From NCBI GenBank assembly GCA_051313645.2, contig JBNRSN020000018.1:55304001-55368000 (forward strand): a stretch of 64,000 bases of DNA, read 5' to 3'. Of this stretch, positions 36,201 to 47,980 are shown in pieces. Under the pieces are notes generated by a model that ran no database searches, was not told where the DNA came from, and saw only the letters and a program-made list of their open reading frames with translations. How positions within the stretch are numbered: the stretch's first letter is position 1; every line of letters starts with the position of its first letter. A program made the position numbers and the translations under genes. Origin of the DNA: Centroscyllium fabricii. Lineage: Eukaryota.

Positions 36201-37478
36201 TGCATTTTCAGAAGGCATTCGATAAGGTGCCACACAAGAAGTTATTAAACAAAATTAGGGCTCATGGGATGGGGGTAATCTAGCATGGATTGAAGATTAG
36301 TTAACGGACAGAAAACCGATTTGGAATAAAAGGGTCATATTTGGGTTGGCAAGCTGTAACTAGTGGGGTACTGCAAGGATCAGTGCTTGGGCCTCAGCTA
36401 TTCACAATCTATCAATGATTTCGATGAGGGGACCAAATGTAAAATATCCAAATTTGCTGCTGATACAAAGCTAGGTGGGAATGTAAGTTGCGAGGAGAAT
36501 GCAAGGGGATATAGACAGGCTAAGTGAGTGGGCAAGAACATGGCAAATGGAATATAATGTGGAGAAATGTGAAGGTATCCACTTTGGCAGGAAAAATAGA
36601 AAAGCAGAATGTTTTTAAATGGTGAGAGATTGGGAAATGTTAGTGTTCAGAGGGACCTTGCACGTGAATCACTGAAAGTAAACATGCAGGTTCAGCAAGC
36701 ATTTAGGAAAGCAAATGGTATGTTGGCCTTTATTACAAGAGGATTTGAGTATAAGAGTAAAGACGTCTTACTGCAATTATATAGGGCCCTGGTGAGACCA
36801 CACCTGGAGTACTGTGTACCGTTTTGCTCTCCTTACCTAAGGAAGGATATACTTGCCATAGAGGGAGTGCAATGAAGGTTCACCAGACTGGTTCCTGGGG
36901 TCCTATGAGGAGGGATTGAGTAGACTAGGCTTATAGTCTCCAGAGTTTAGAAGACTGAGAGGTGATCTCATTGAAAGATAGAAACTTCTTACAGGGCTTG
37001 ACAGTGTAGATGCAGGGAGGATGTTTCCCCTGGCTGGGGAGTCTAGAACCAGGGGTCACAGTCTCAGAATAAGGGGTCACCCATTTAGGACTGAGCTGAG
37101 GAGAAATTTCTTCACTCAAAGGATGGTGACTCTACCCCAGAGGGCTGTGGAGGGTGGTGACTCTACCCCAGAGGGCTGTGGAGGGTGGTGACTCTACCCC
37201 AGAGGGCTGTGGAGGGTGGTGACTCTACCCCAGAGGGCTGTGGAGGGTGGTGACTCTACCCCAGAGGGCTGTGGAGGGTGATGACTCTACCCCAGAGGGC
37301 TGTGGAGGCTCAGTTGTTGAGTATATTCAAGAGAGAGATCGCTAGATTTTTGGATATTAAGGGAATCGAGGGATCTGGGGATAGTGGAGTTGAAGTAGAA
37401 GATCGGCCATAATCTTATTTGAATGGCGGAGCAGGCTAGAGGTGCCAAATGACCTACTCCTGCTCCTACGTCTTGTTA
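33290..37478 (+). mobile_element. Near full-length degenerate CR1: ORF1 (zinc finger, coiled coil, SGNH esterase) and ORF2 (APE-RT)
   Basis: ORF1 CSLWE...HVCSKC, VVVGDRIVRG, CCLPGARVKD, VHVGTNN. ORF2 from ~34495 (KLKALYLN) to the CR1 tail; many stops and frameshifts. 5' boundary approximate. Confidence 0.9.
37121..37308. repeat. G-rich minisatellite, 6 x 31 bp (GGTGACTCTACCCCAGAGGGCTGTGGAGGGT) inside CR1
   Basis: TCTACCCC recurs at 37131, 37162, 37193, 37224, 37255 and 37286. Confidence 0.95.
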
Positions 37479-38059
37479 TATAACTGATGGTGGCAGAATA
37501 CTGAGATTACAATGTTAGCCGCATACCTTGTAGACTCCCAAAAGACTTCTGCTATCTTGCAATTGGGGAGAAATTGTTAACCAGGTGGAATTCTCCCAGA
37601 TGAGCAATTGTTAAATGATATAAGCATTACTTAAATGTTTAGTGTCTGTTCAACCTCGAGATCCAGAATTGTGCATAATTGAGAATGGGTAAGTAAGTAG
37701 AGAGGCTGGAGGGGAAAACCTTCTAAATTAAAGTAAGATATTATATTAAAGTCAACAGATGTGACATTATAAAATTGGACTTGGCATTCAGGTAATTCCA
37801 CTTTATTATTTGGTAGAGATCTGTATGGAATTGACGATTGCTCTGTCTGTTCACTCCAAATATCCCAGCTCAAATGAAGTGGATGGCAGACTGTTGCAAT
37901 GTATTAAAGGTTCTGCGCTTGTGTGGTATCTAATGATACAGTGCAGTTGTGAGGGAGTTACTGCTCTTGATTTGTGCGGTAGATATGAACTAAACTTGCC
38001 ACAGAAAATTAAGTCTTGTCATTTCAAGCGTAAGTGCCCTTTTAACTACATGATAATTG

Positions 38060-38467
38060 TTCGTTACTGTCCATCAACCTCTCTGGCACTGAAAATTAAC
38101 TTCAGGTATTAATTGTTGCTTTTAAAGATGTAATTTTTAAAAAATTGTACTTTTCCTTTGTCTCTCTCTCTCTATCCAATCTTTCCTTTCCTCTCTTTCT
38201 TTCTGTACCTGATTGGACATTGAAAACCGAACTCTAATTCACTCTCCTTCGTCCTTGTGCTGTTTATTTCTTAATCCTTCAATCTCATTGGTTAATCTCG
38301 GTTGCCCTGTTCACTCGGGCCCCTGATGCGGTTTCCCTCAATGCGGCGTTATCAGCTCGCACTTTCAACAACTTAGTGTGCAAAAGTGCTTTGAGCTGAA
38401 GGGTACAGGGGCAAGTCTCACTCATGGTAGATGGCGTTACATTCCCTGCTACAGCAAAATCTGGCCC
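38060..38467. mobile_element. Probable Harbinger-like non-autonomous element fragment
   Basis: Ends in GCAAAATCTGGCCC, resembling the termini at 30933, 9783 and 55345; partner TIR unclear. Confidence 0.4.
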
Positions 38468-39430
38468 GATATCTTCAGACTGACACAAAATTACCAGTAA
38501 AATGGTCTTTTAGATAATGGACATGGTCAGAGAATGCAAGAATTCTGCTTTGGGAAAACATCCACTTGATCCGTAACAAGTCTTTATTCCAATTTACCAA
38601 CCTATTTTTAAATTTAAATTATTTTTTCTGTTGACTCGCATTTTGTGAAAAGCATACTCATCAATTTATACAATGAATCACTGCCTTGTTGCCTTTATAT
38701 AGTAGTTGAGGAAATGTATTTTAAACGGGAAGAGGATAGAGACAAGAATGTTTCTTGTCATCTTTGAAAATGGCCATTTGAATATCCTCTTAACATTTGG
38801 AATAGTTACTCCTATAGAAAAATCATGCATCATGTTATTAAGCTGTTTATATTTAGCTAGAATTTTACTTAGAAATTACCGTAACATTCTCATTCTCAAT
38901 TCATATTGTCCAATTTTGTGGTGGCATCAACTGTGGATGCAAAAACTTGCATTTCAGACTCTGTTTTTGGAGGTTTAATGGTCTGAATCGGGTTTTCACC
39001 AGGCTGTCATTAGTGTGTCACCACCTTTTCAGAAATGGAGGCATTTCTATTTTGCTTAGTTTTATTACAAATTGCATCATACTAAAATTGTCAATCAATG
39101 ACAATATACATCTTGTTGCTGATGGATTTAGTTTTGTTATTTCTGTGACAAATGCAATCTGGGACAATTACTGCAATAACTATGCTCTGCAAGATTAATC
39201 GCTTAAAAAAATAAATAAATCCTAGATCAATTTCCTGATAAACTTTCTGTTAATGTTGTGTTGTCCAAGATACTAGCCACGTGACTAATTGGGCATCTGA
39301 TGTGGCTGATTGCAATTTTGATTATAAGTAATAAGACACCGGGCATGTGATCTCAATACTAATGTTCGCAAGAGGTATGCCTGTGTGCTTTAAGCTTTTT
39401 TGCGTTTGTTGGTAAAATGCAAAGACGAAA

Positions 39431-40225
39431 ATTCAATTCAATTCAAGTTTTATTGTCATTGCAGAGTACTAGTACAATACAACGAGACGAAGACTCGACT
39501 CTCCCGCGAGTAGTGCAAATAAATTACATGCAAATTGCATACAGTAAAGTACATTATCAGGCGTGCAGGTACCGGAGTTTCTTTTTAGAGTTCAGGAGGC
39601 TGACAGCCCTGGGGAAGAAGCTGTTCTGAAATCTAGTCGTGCGGGTGCAAATTGCTCTGTAGCGTCTCCCGGAGGGCAGGGGGGCGAACAGACTGTGGCT
39701 GGGGTGTGTGGGGTCTTTAATAATGTTCAGAGACCTCCGTAAGCAGCGTTTGAGGTAGATGCTTTCCATTGACGGTAGCTGTGTACCGGTAATTCGTTGG
39801 GCAGTTTTGACTACCCGCTGCAGGGTTTTCCGGTCCGAGATAGTGCAATTACCATACCAGACAGTGATGCAGCTTGTCAGTATGCTTTCTATTGTGCAGC
39901 GGTAGAAGTTGGAGAGGATGCCGGATGACAGCCTGGCTTTCTTCAGCTTCCTTAGGAAGTACAGGCGCTGTTGGGCCTTCTTAACCAGAGAGGAGGTGTT
40001 TAGTGACCAGGAGAGATCTTCCGAGATGTGGACCCCGAGGAACTTGAAGCTGGACACCCTTTCCACTTCAGCCCCTTGGATGAAGATGGGGGTGTGTCTT
40101 CTGCTTCCAGTCCTCCGGAAGTCCACTATGATCTCCTTGGTTTTCTTGGTGTTCAGTGCCAGGTTGTTGTCGGCACACCAACCCACAAGGCGCTGGATCT
40201 CATCCCTGTAGGCTGACTCGTCGTC
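39431..40225 (-). mobile_element. Rex1/Babar LINE, near-identical to 2006-2849, opposite orientation
   Basis: ORF 39557..40186 differs from the first copy at 4 residues; same 3'UTR and (TTGAA)n tail. Confidence 0.92.
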
Positions 40226-41232
40226 CTAGTGTGTGTTTTTTGATAATTGCGTGTGCTTGACTTCCGTGGTTTATTGGTTATTTACTAAAATTCTGTACAA
40301 CACTGGTGAAAACCATGCAAACGCCAGTAACATTGTATAGCATCGGGAGTTGTCATCGTGGTCAGCTTGACCAATCGGAATAGCTACATAAAGACAACCA
40401 AAAAAGTCAGCCCAACCAATAATGAGCAGCTGCAACAAGGCAAGTCATGGCAAAGGGCGGGCAGCGTCCAACTGTTTCTGGATGCAGTGCAGGGTTGGGT
40501 CTGGCAGATCTCATGCAAGTCAACATTTTGGGCAATTCCTCTGGTGGAGCTGAAGTACCGATCGCAACTGCTGGACGAAAGGTTCGAAGGTGCACCAGGA
40601 TGTGCTGTGTCTGATAAATTCATGTCAGAATTCCAAACTTTGGTGAAACGGGAACACTGCAAAGTTTTGCACTGAATGGTGGTTGATGTTTGAGTAAATA
40701 TACAAATGAAGCACACTGGCCTGTGTCGTGAGTAAGCAGTTTCTACTAAAATTAGTGCACATGGCTTAAATGATGTTGCCATAACCACGCCTGTGGCTAT
40801 TAAAACGATTTCTATTGGACAACACTGTTAATATTTTTGGTAAACAGACACTTAAATATCCCATCTGGTTTAATTTGATAGCCACTATACTCTGATATGT
40901 TTAGTTACAAAATTGACATTCATCCTGTCAATTGTAACATTCTATGATCGCTTCATTCTTTTCCCTGCCACATTTGCAACTTTGCAAAATCTGTATTTAA
41001 ACTGAAGCTGTGTGTACAGCTCCGACCTTCGTGCAAGAACAGCAGCACCAGTATCAAATGTGATCGTAAATACAGAAATAATTTTAATCTAAAGCATATC
41101 AGATTACTTACTGTCTTTATGGCAGCATATCGGGCCTAATACGCTTTAAATGCCTGGTGAAAGCATTCCATTCTAGGCTGCCGCAAAGGAATGATGTTTT
41201 CAAAAATCAATTTTGAAATTTTATTTTAAAAG

Positions 41233-41310
41233 GTTCTGGGAGCAAAGAAGACAGTCCACCCCCTTTGCCAGAAAGAACGCCTGAATCTTTTGTTGTGGCT
41301 AATGAATCCG
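41233..41310 (+). CDS. PTPN12: PTPN12 exon: (C)SGSKEDSPPPLPERTPESFVVANES(G), P4 Csk-SH3 motif
   Basis: ttttattttaaaag acceptor, ccg|gtaaga donor; 78 nt, phase 1/1; PPPLPERTPESF motif. Confidence 0.96.
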
Positions 41311-41816
41311 GTAAGATCTCTGTTCCTTTTTAATTGTTAGTTGCTGAAATAATTTATTCAATTAATGTACACTCATTTCATGGGCCCACCAAGCTACTTA
41401 AAGTAGTTAAGACAAGATACATTTCCTCCTTTCTAAGTATTGAAAATGGAGAGAGGAGTAGGATTATTTGCTTCTGCTAAGTAAATTGGGTGATTCGTGA
41501 TCTGAATTGTTTAAGTAGTCTCAAGTTGTTATAACATTAGATACGATCAATCAACTATAATTTATTTAGTTGTAATTTAAAGCTTGAATTTTCAGGAGTG
41601 AATTTTATTTTGTCTGGGGCCTACATAAAATCTTTCTTGCAAGCCCAACTGTCTTATCTACTAATTGAAATTGCAATCTCAAGATTATTATGTAGCTGAC
41701 ACTTGACGACATTATAATGAAGAATTTTAATGCTGGCATCTGTTGACTTGCAGTGCGATATATGTGCCACTGGGTGGTGCCATGTAGCAACTAGATGGGC
41801 AACAGTAGTCAGTTAA

Positions 41817-41961
41817 GTTCAAGTTTATTGTCACATGTACTAAATACAATTTAGACAGTGAAATGCTTACTGCTACCCGAACGCACCGCGCAACAAGGAC
41901 ATTAAGCTGCCCAGCACGCACGAGCCCGCAAGACGTCAGCCATTCTCCGGCGCCATGTCCA
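41817..41961 (-). mobile_element. 145-bp non-autonomous retroposon with Rex1-like 3' end
   Basis: TSD AGTTAA (41811-41816, 41962-41967); minus strand ends TGACAATAAACTTGAAC like the Rex1 tail; CpG-rich 5' part. Confidence 0.7.
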
Positions 41962-42102
41962 AGTTAATGCACTATGTCCAAGAATGCACTATTTTAACAC
42001 CATGTTACAATATATATTTACATTTATTACAATGACACCCAGTGGCAATAATCTGCAATTTAGTGCAATAATATTTTCTAAAGCCAATAGTATTTACTGG
42101 CA

Positions 42103-42200
42103 TAAAAAAACAGAAAATGCTGGAAAACACTCAGCAGGCCAGGCAGCATCTGCTGCAAGAGAAACCGAGGTAACGTTTTGGGTCGATGATCACAACTGAT
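42103..42200 (-). mobile_element. Penelope-type terminal fragment (degenerate hammerhead region)
   Basis: AAATGCTGGAAAACACTCAGCAGGCCAGGCAGCATCTG...TAACGTTTTGGGTCGA; related to 63351 and 13565. Confidence 0.55.
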
Positions 42201-42469
42201 GAAATCCATATTTACTGCCTTTTTTTTGCTGAGGGCCGCATTTCCAAACAGTTAATTGACGGCCATAAATCATGTAGCACCTGTGCAGGTTGGAGTAACA
42301 GGCCATCTGGTTTCTTCCCTTCACATGGGAAAGTGTTTGGCATTTATTGGGGTTCTTCCCACGATTGCACAGCCAACTCGCTGTAATCTCAAGGTGCTGA
42401 ATTATGGGTTTTAACCTGTGTCCTGCTGTTCTGACACAGCATGTTGGTTTTCTTTTCCCACACCGCCCC

Positions 42470-43445
42470 CCCCTCAGGATGTATGCTTATCCCATTCCTC
42501 ATCCACATGCTGCACCTTGGTGATGGCCTCTGCAGACATGGGGTCAGCTTTCACATGTATGCTGAGGACACCCAGCTCTACCTCTGCTCCACCTCTTCAG
42601 ACTGCTTGTCTGACGGCCAGTCCAGTTCTTCCAGCTAACCATTGGGAAGACCAAAGCTATTTTCTTCAGCCTTTGGCACCAATTTCATTCCCCTCCAGTT
42701 ACCTCCACAGGTTGAACCAGACTGTTCACAACCTCCGCATCCTATTTGACCCCCGAGATTCAATTCTGTCTCCAAGTCCTCTCCATCACAAATACTGACT
42801 GCTTCCACCTCCCGCCTCAGCCCACCTGCTGCTGAAACCCTCGTCCATGCCTCGGTCAGCTCCAGTTTCCACTATTCCAATGCTGTTCTGGCCAGCTTCT
42901 CGGCCTCCATCCTCTGTAAACTTCAGCTCATCCAGAACTCTGCTGCCCGTATCCTATCCTGCACCAAGTCCTGCTTGTTCATCGTCCCCCCCCCCCCCCC
43001 CCCAAATCCACATCCTTGCTGATCTACATTGGCTCCTCGTTCCCCCAATTTAATGCTCCCCCTCATGTTTAAATCCCTTTATGGCTTCACCCTTCCCTAT
43101 CTCTGTAACTGACTCCAGCCCTACAATCCCTCCATTTCCCCTGATCTCTCTATTCCTGACTCTTGTGCATCCACCCCACTCCCTTCACCCCACCATTGGC
43201 TATGCTTTTAGCTGCCTGGCTCCATGCTCTAATTCCCTTTCTAAATCCCTCCACCTCCCTTTTGAAATACCCCCACCTCACTTTCCTCCTCTAAGATTTT
43301 CCTTAAGATCCACTTTAACCAAGCTTTTGGTCAACCCCTCCTAATATCTCCTCCTTTGAGTCGGTGTCACCTTCATTGACTGCCCCTGTAAAGCAACTGT
43401 GGATGTTTATCCACATTAAAGATGCTATATAAATGCAAAAATGTT
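42470..43445 (+). mobile_element. L2 LINE 3' fragment
   Basis: HGVSFHMYAEDTQLY (YADD-like motif) and tail GCTATATAAATGCAA. Confidence 0.8.
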
Positions 43446-43784
43446 GTAATATTTTATTCAGAACAAGTAATAGGCCTGTAACCTAGTCAGTGTCTCTTAT
43501 CAAATGCTCTTTGAAAATCCATGTGAATCATATTCTCTCAGCTATATTTTCAAAGATTATAATAAATGCAACTTAAACTAGATATCCTGCATCATTCCCA
43601 TTCATAATGCCCATGTAAAACCATTTATAAGTTTGTGAAGAAGAAAATGTTCTTTGTAAAATGTTTTAAAGTACATTAATAAAAGTGAAACGGTTAGTAG
43701 AATATTACCTATTTCAGGAATTTGGTGGTAATGACATGCGATTGAGTGAGTGCTGCTTCTTGGTTTCGCTGCCTGCTCAACTGT

Positions 43785-45065
43785 CTCATTCATGTCATTT
43801 CCACCAATTTTTTTCATCAAATTTGTATATTCCCTCGTCCAGATCACTTATGCATATAGTAAATAAGGAAAACTCTGATGGTGAACCCTGTAAAACACCA
43901 CTTATCACATCTTTCCAGTTTGAGAAATTTCCCTTTACCCCCTACCCTTTGCTTTTTGTCCTTGAACTATCTCTCTGTTCAAGTGACTACATTCCCCTTA
44001 ATCCTGTGTGACATTATCTGTGCCGTAAGTCTCTTATCAAGTGCTCTTTGAAAATCCATGTGAATCATATTCTCTCTACTATATTTACAAAGAATTGTAT
44101 GATTAATCAAGTGTGACCTACTCTTTAAAAACCTATGCTGGGCTGGCTGTGCCTGATTTAATTGGTTTCATTAATGATGTGAGCTTGGCTCAGTTAATTG
44201 TGCCCTTTTCTCTGAGCGAGAAGCTTATGGGTTCAATCACATAATCTAGGCTGACAATCGAGTATTGAGGAAGTGCTGTATTGGAGATGCCATTTTCAGA
44301 TGGAATGATAAACTGAAGCTTCATCTGCCTGTCCATGGCACTATTCAAAGAAGAGAAGTGAGTTCTTCTGGTATCTTGGACAACATTCTTTCCAGTAACA
44401 ACACTACCAAAAACCGATTGCTTGGTCATTCATTTGCTGTTTGTGGGATCTTATGAGTAGATCGGCTGCTACATTTTCCTACATAATAGTAACTACACTT
44501 CAAATGTAATGGATTCATTGTAAAATGCTTTGAGATGTCCTGAGGATGTGATGAGGTGCTGCATAAATGTAAGTTTGTGTTTTCTCTCGAGCTCTAATTT
44601 TATTCCAGGTTATAAACTCTCGAAGTTTACCAACAACTCCGTTAAGAGTAACTAAGCTGCAAGTTCCTGGCTTATCTCCATTTTTGAAGAGTGGTATCAC
44701 ATTTGCCACCCTCTAGTACTTCGGCATAATTTTCCTTTTGTAGAAGTTGGTAAAATTATAGTCACAGCCTCCACTATTTATTCCCTAGTTTCCCTCAGGA
44801 TCCTCAAATGGAAACCAATAGGTCCTGGTAACTTTGTCTACCTTAAATTTGAGTCTCTTTTGTTGTACCATTTCTATTTTTGAAAAATATCCTCCACTAA
44901 CCATTCTACACCCACTTTTGCGGGTTCTACGATTCCAATATACACCTCTGTGGAAACTGAGGCAAAGTGTTTGCTCTGTATCTGCCATCCTTCATTCTCC
45001 ACGAGAAGCTTACCTCCTTCATCTTCGTACCCTTACCTGGACTATCCTCTTATTGCTAATGTGCT
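43785..45065 (-). mobile_element. Very old CR1 RT fragment, split by a Deu-domain SINE
   Basis: ANVIPLFKNGDKPG, LKFKVDK and DFQRA.DK remnants on the minus strand. Confidence 0.6.
44186..44578 (+). mobile_element. Deu-domain SINE, degenerate
   Basis: TGGCTCAGTT head through Deu-like core; homologous to 49463-49919. Confidence 0.7.
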
Positions 45066-45664
45066 GATTTTAAAGCTTTTTTATTGCTCTTGTATATATT
45101 TTGTTGCTCATTTTTCTCTCCCATTCTATCTTAGCCCTTTGAATTGTTTTTGTAGCTTTTCCAACATTTCCTTATTTTTAGGTTGCCTACTTACTCGGTT
45201 TCATTACTGAGAACCAGATCAAGTAGTTCTTCTTTCCTTGTTGGAGTAGCAACACATTGACTGAGGAAAATAGTTTTGAATACACGGCAAAAAAAAACTC
45301 CCCTTTTTTTAGCACACATATTTTCCCTATCCCAGTCCGTTTTTGCATAATTTTCTTTTCACAATTTTAACTCTCTTGCTGATGCATACATTCTGATTTG
45401 CCTCACTGAAGGATCAATGCTTGTGATGCAATTACCACACATCAATGATTCAAAGTTGATTACCTCAAATTTAGAATTGTGTTTGTAATACAGTTTCTGC
45501 TTGTGGTCATTATTTGTAGTAAATATTGCTGTAGCACCCAGAATTTGAAATTAAATTGATTCTAATTGCTAAATGATTAAAAGGAAAGTTTTTGTAGTGA
45601 GTGATTTGATGATTTTTCCTTTTAACATTAATCAAAAGTTACATTTTTTAATATTTTTCCATAG

Positions 45665-45762
45665 GTTCCCCTGTTAAACCTGTTCATGTTGGGAAGTCTG
45701 CAGAATGGAGTGGCTTTCCACAACCACAGACTGTTGAGCAAGTAAAGATGGTGAGGAGTAAG
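45665..45762 (+). CDS. PTPN12: PTPN12 exon: (G)SPVKPVHVGKSAEWSGFPQPQTVEQVKMVRSK
   Basis: tttttccatag acceptor, aag|gtaatg donor; 98 nt, phase 1/0; AEWS corresponds to human SEWS. An in-frame alternative donor (atg|gtgagg) would end the exon at 45750. Confidence 0.85.
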
Positions 45763-45881
45763 GTAATGGTTTTGTGCACAGTGTAATGCCATATTTAAAT
45801 AACTTTAAAGCATTTATGTATTAATAAAATTGTTGTATCTTTGAAAGATGCTTAATATTTTTCCTTTTTTTTTTTAAACAG

Positions 45882-45912
45882 AGCCTGAAAAATCCCCGAA
45901 GTCAAAGAAAGA
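45882..45912 (+). CDS. PTPN12: PTPN12 31-nt micro-exon: SLKNPRSQRK
   Basis: Poly-T and aaacag acceptor, aga|gtgagc donor. Phase 0/1 is exactly what links the flanking exons in frame. Confidence 0.85.
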
Positions 45913-46282
45913 GTGAGCAACCACTAATTTTTTTTTAACAATGATTGTACTTGTATTTCTTCCTTCTACAGTTCATCTCAAATCTGTGAATCTGCATTTA
46001 TTGAATGGAAAACTAAATATTGCCTTCTCTGTTCTTGAAATGTGTTTTTCATGCTGTGGCATCAACCTTTTCCCTCCATTTTGCATAAGCTGGTTAGAAC
46101 TTAAGACTGAGAAATTCCGATATGCTCTTAGGAATATAGGAATTGCTGGATGAAAAAAAACTGTGGTCTTATCTAGTTTGCCTTCTACCATCCTGGTCGT
46201 CACATGATACAACACTAATAGAGTTGTTGACTAATCGTAGCAATCAATCTCTTATCAATTAGTCTACAACATGGCATTAACA

Positions 46283-46750
46283 TTGTTGAATCCCCCACCA
46301 TCAACATCCTGGGGTCACCACTGACCAGAAACTTTTATGGGTCAGCCACATAAATACTGTGGCTACAAGAGCAGGTCAAAAGCTGGGTATTCTGCAGCGA
46401 ATAACTTGCCTCCTGATTCGCCAAAGCCTTTCCACCACCTACAAGGCATAAGTCAGGAGTGTGATGGAATACTCTCCACTTGCCTGGATGAGTGCAGCTC
46501 CAACAACACTCAAAGCTCGACACCATCCAGGACAAAGCAGCCCGCTTGATTGGCACCCCATCCATCACCTTCAACATTCACTCCCTCCACCACCAGCGCA
46601 CCATGTCTGCAGTGTGTACCATCTACAAGATGCACTGCAGCACCTCCCAAACCTGCAACCTCTTCCACCCAGAAGGACAAGGGCAGCAGGTGCATGGGAT
46701 CACCACCACCTCCCCTCCAAGTCACACACCATGCTCAATTGGAAATATAT
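46283..46750 (+). mobile_element. Copy of the 5365-type CR1-group LINE
   Basis: MEYSPLAWMSAAPTTL, LDTIQDKAARLIG, NIHSLHHQRT. Confidence 0.75.
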
Positions 46751-47851
46751 CGTGAGTTTTCCTCACTGCACACACAATTTCCAGCAAAATGTCTGCCATA
46801 TTAGCTCTGTACCTGAAATTGACCATCCAGGAGAGCAAAACTGAGTGTGATATATTCTCCTTGTCCAAGAATCTGGCTACATGTTGAGCAACCACACTTA
46901 TCCATTTGTTTCCCCTTCCTCTTGAAACATAGCTGAAACTTGAGGTTTTCTACAATGTAGTTGAGGTAGTCTAGCAATATTCAATTAAAATGACTACTTA
47001 CTACGTGCATATAGTACTAGATTCATTTGTCTTGTGTGTTTGGGCTGGGCCATTTAGAACATCTCCATAACTACCAATTCATGAAAATATGAATGTGGTG
47101 CTACCCAAACCTTTCTGAGCCACTGGCTACCATGACAACCTCTTGCTTAATGTGTTTTTTTGCACTGGTCTAGCCCTGATTCTTGCTCCTCGTTCAAGCA
47201 AGCAAATATTACTTACAGCATCTGCCACCTGAAGAGCATGCTAATTAGAATGTGCAGGAAGCTAAGAGGTGCAACAAAACAGCATGGATTGGACTTGAAC
47301 CTCCAAGTAAAGAAGCGCAAGAATTTGAACTATAGAAGTGATGGGTAAAATATTGAGATGGGGAAAGAGAGATATATAGATAGAAACAAAGATAGAGAAG
47401 TTAACCCATGAAGGTCTGTCTCCTTCAGACATTTTTAAAATTTTGAGTGCAGTGCTGCTGATTCCCATGACCATTGCCAAACAGCCAGGACTTCACAGGC
47501 TCAGAGAAGGTACCAAGAAAAGCAGTAAAGGAATTGAGAAGTAATTATGATTTCTAAATTTTAAAATCTATAATTTGACAACTACAAATGTGTTCTGCAA
47601 TTTGTCTGAGCTTTGTCATCTTCAACATAACGCTGGAGAACCGAGAATTATTGTCACTTTTGTGTAGTTCTATTCACAAGTGTGATACAGATTGGTTGCG
47701 AGCCTGAACTGCTGTTAGTCACGTGGGCTGGACTGTAGTTCAATTGTATACCACTGTACTGTTGTTTGAAGGACTTTGCTAATTAACGGAATCAATTTTG
47801 CTTGGAAGTAGTTCCTTGGATTTAATTCATTGTGCATGCATTTTGTTTCAG

Positions 47852-47980
47852 ATACTCCTGAAACACGGGATAGTGGAAGGCCATTGGGTGATTCAGGATT
47901 AGTAACTACTACTACAAGGGGTGAGGTCGGACAAACCTCAGAAACAAATACAAAACGAAGAGAACGTGGTTCAGATTTAG
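47852..47980 (+). CDS. PTPN12: PTPN12 penultimate exon: (N)TPETRDSGRPLGDSG...RERGSDL(G)
   Basis: ttttgtttcag acceptor, tag|gtgagt donor; 129 nt, open, phase 1/1. Ends in DLG, like human DIG. Confidence 0.88.
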
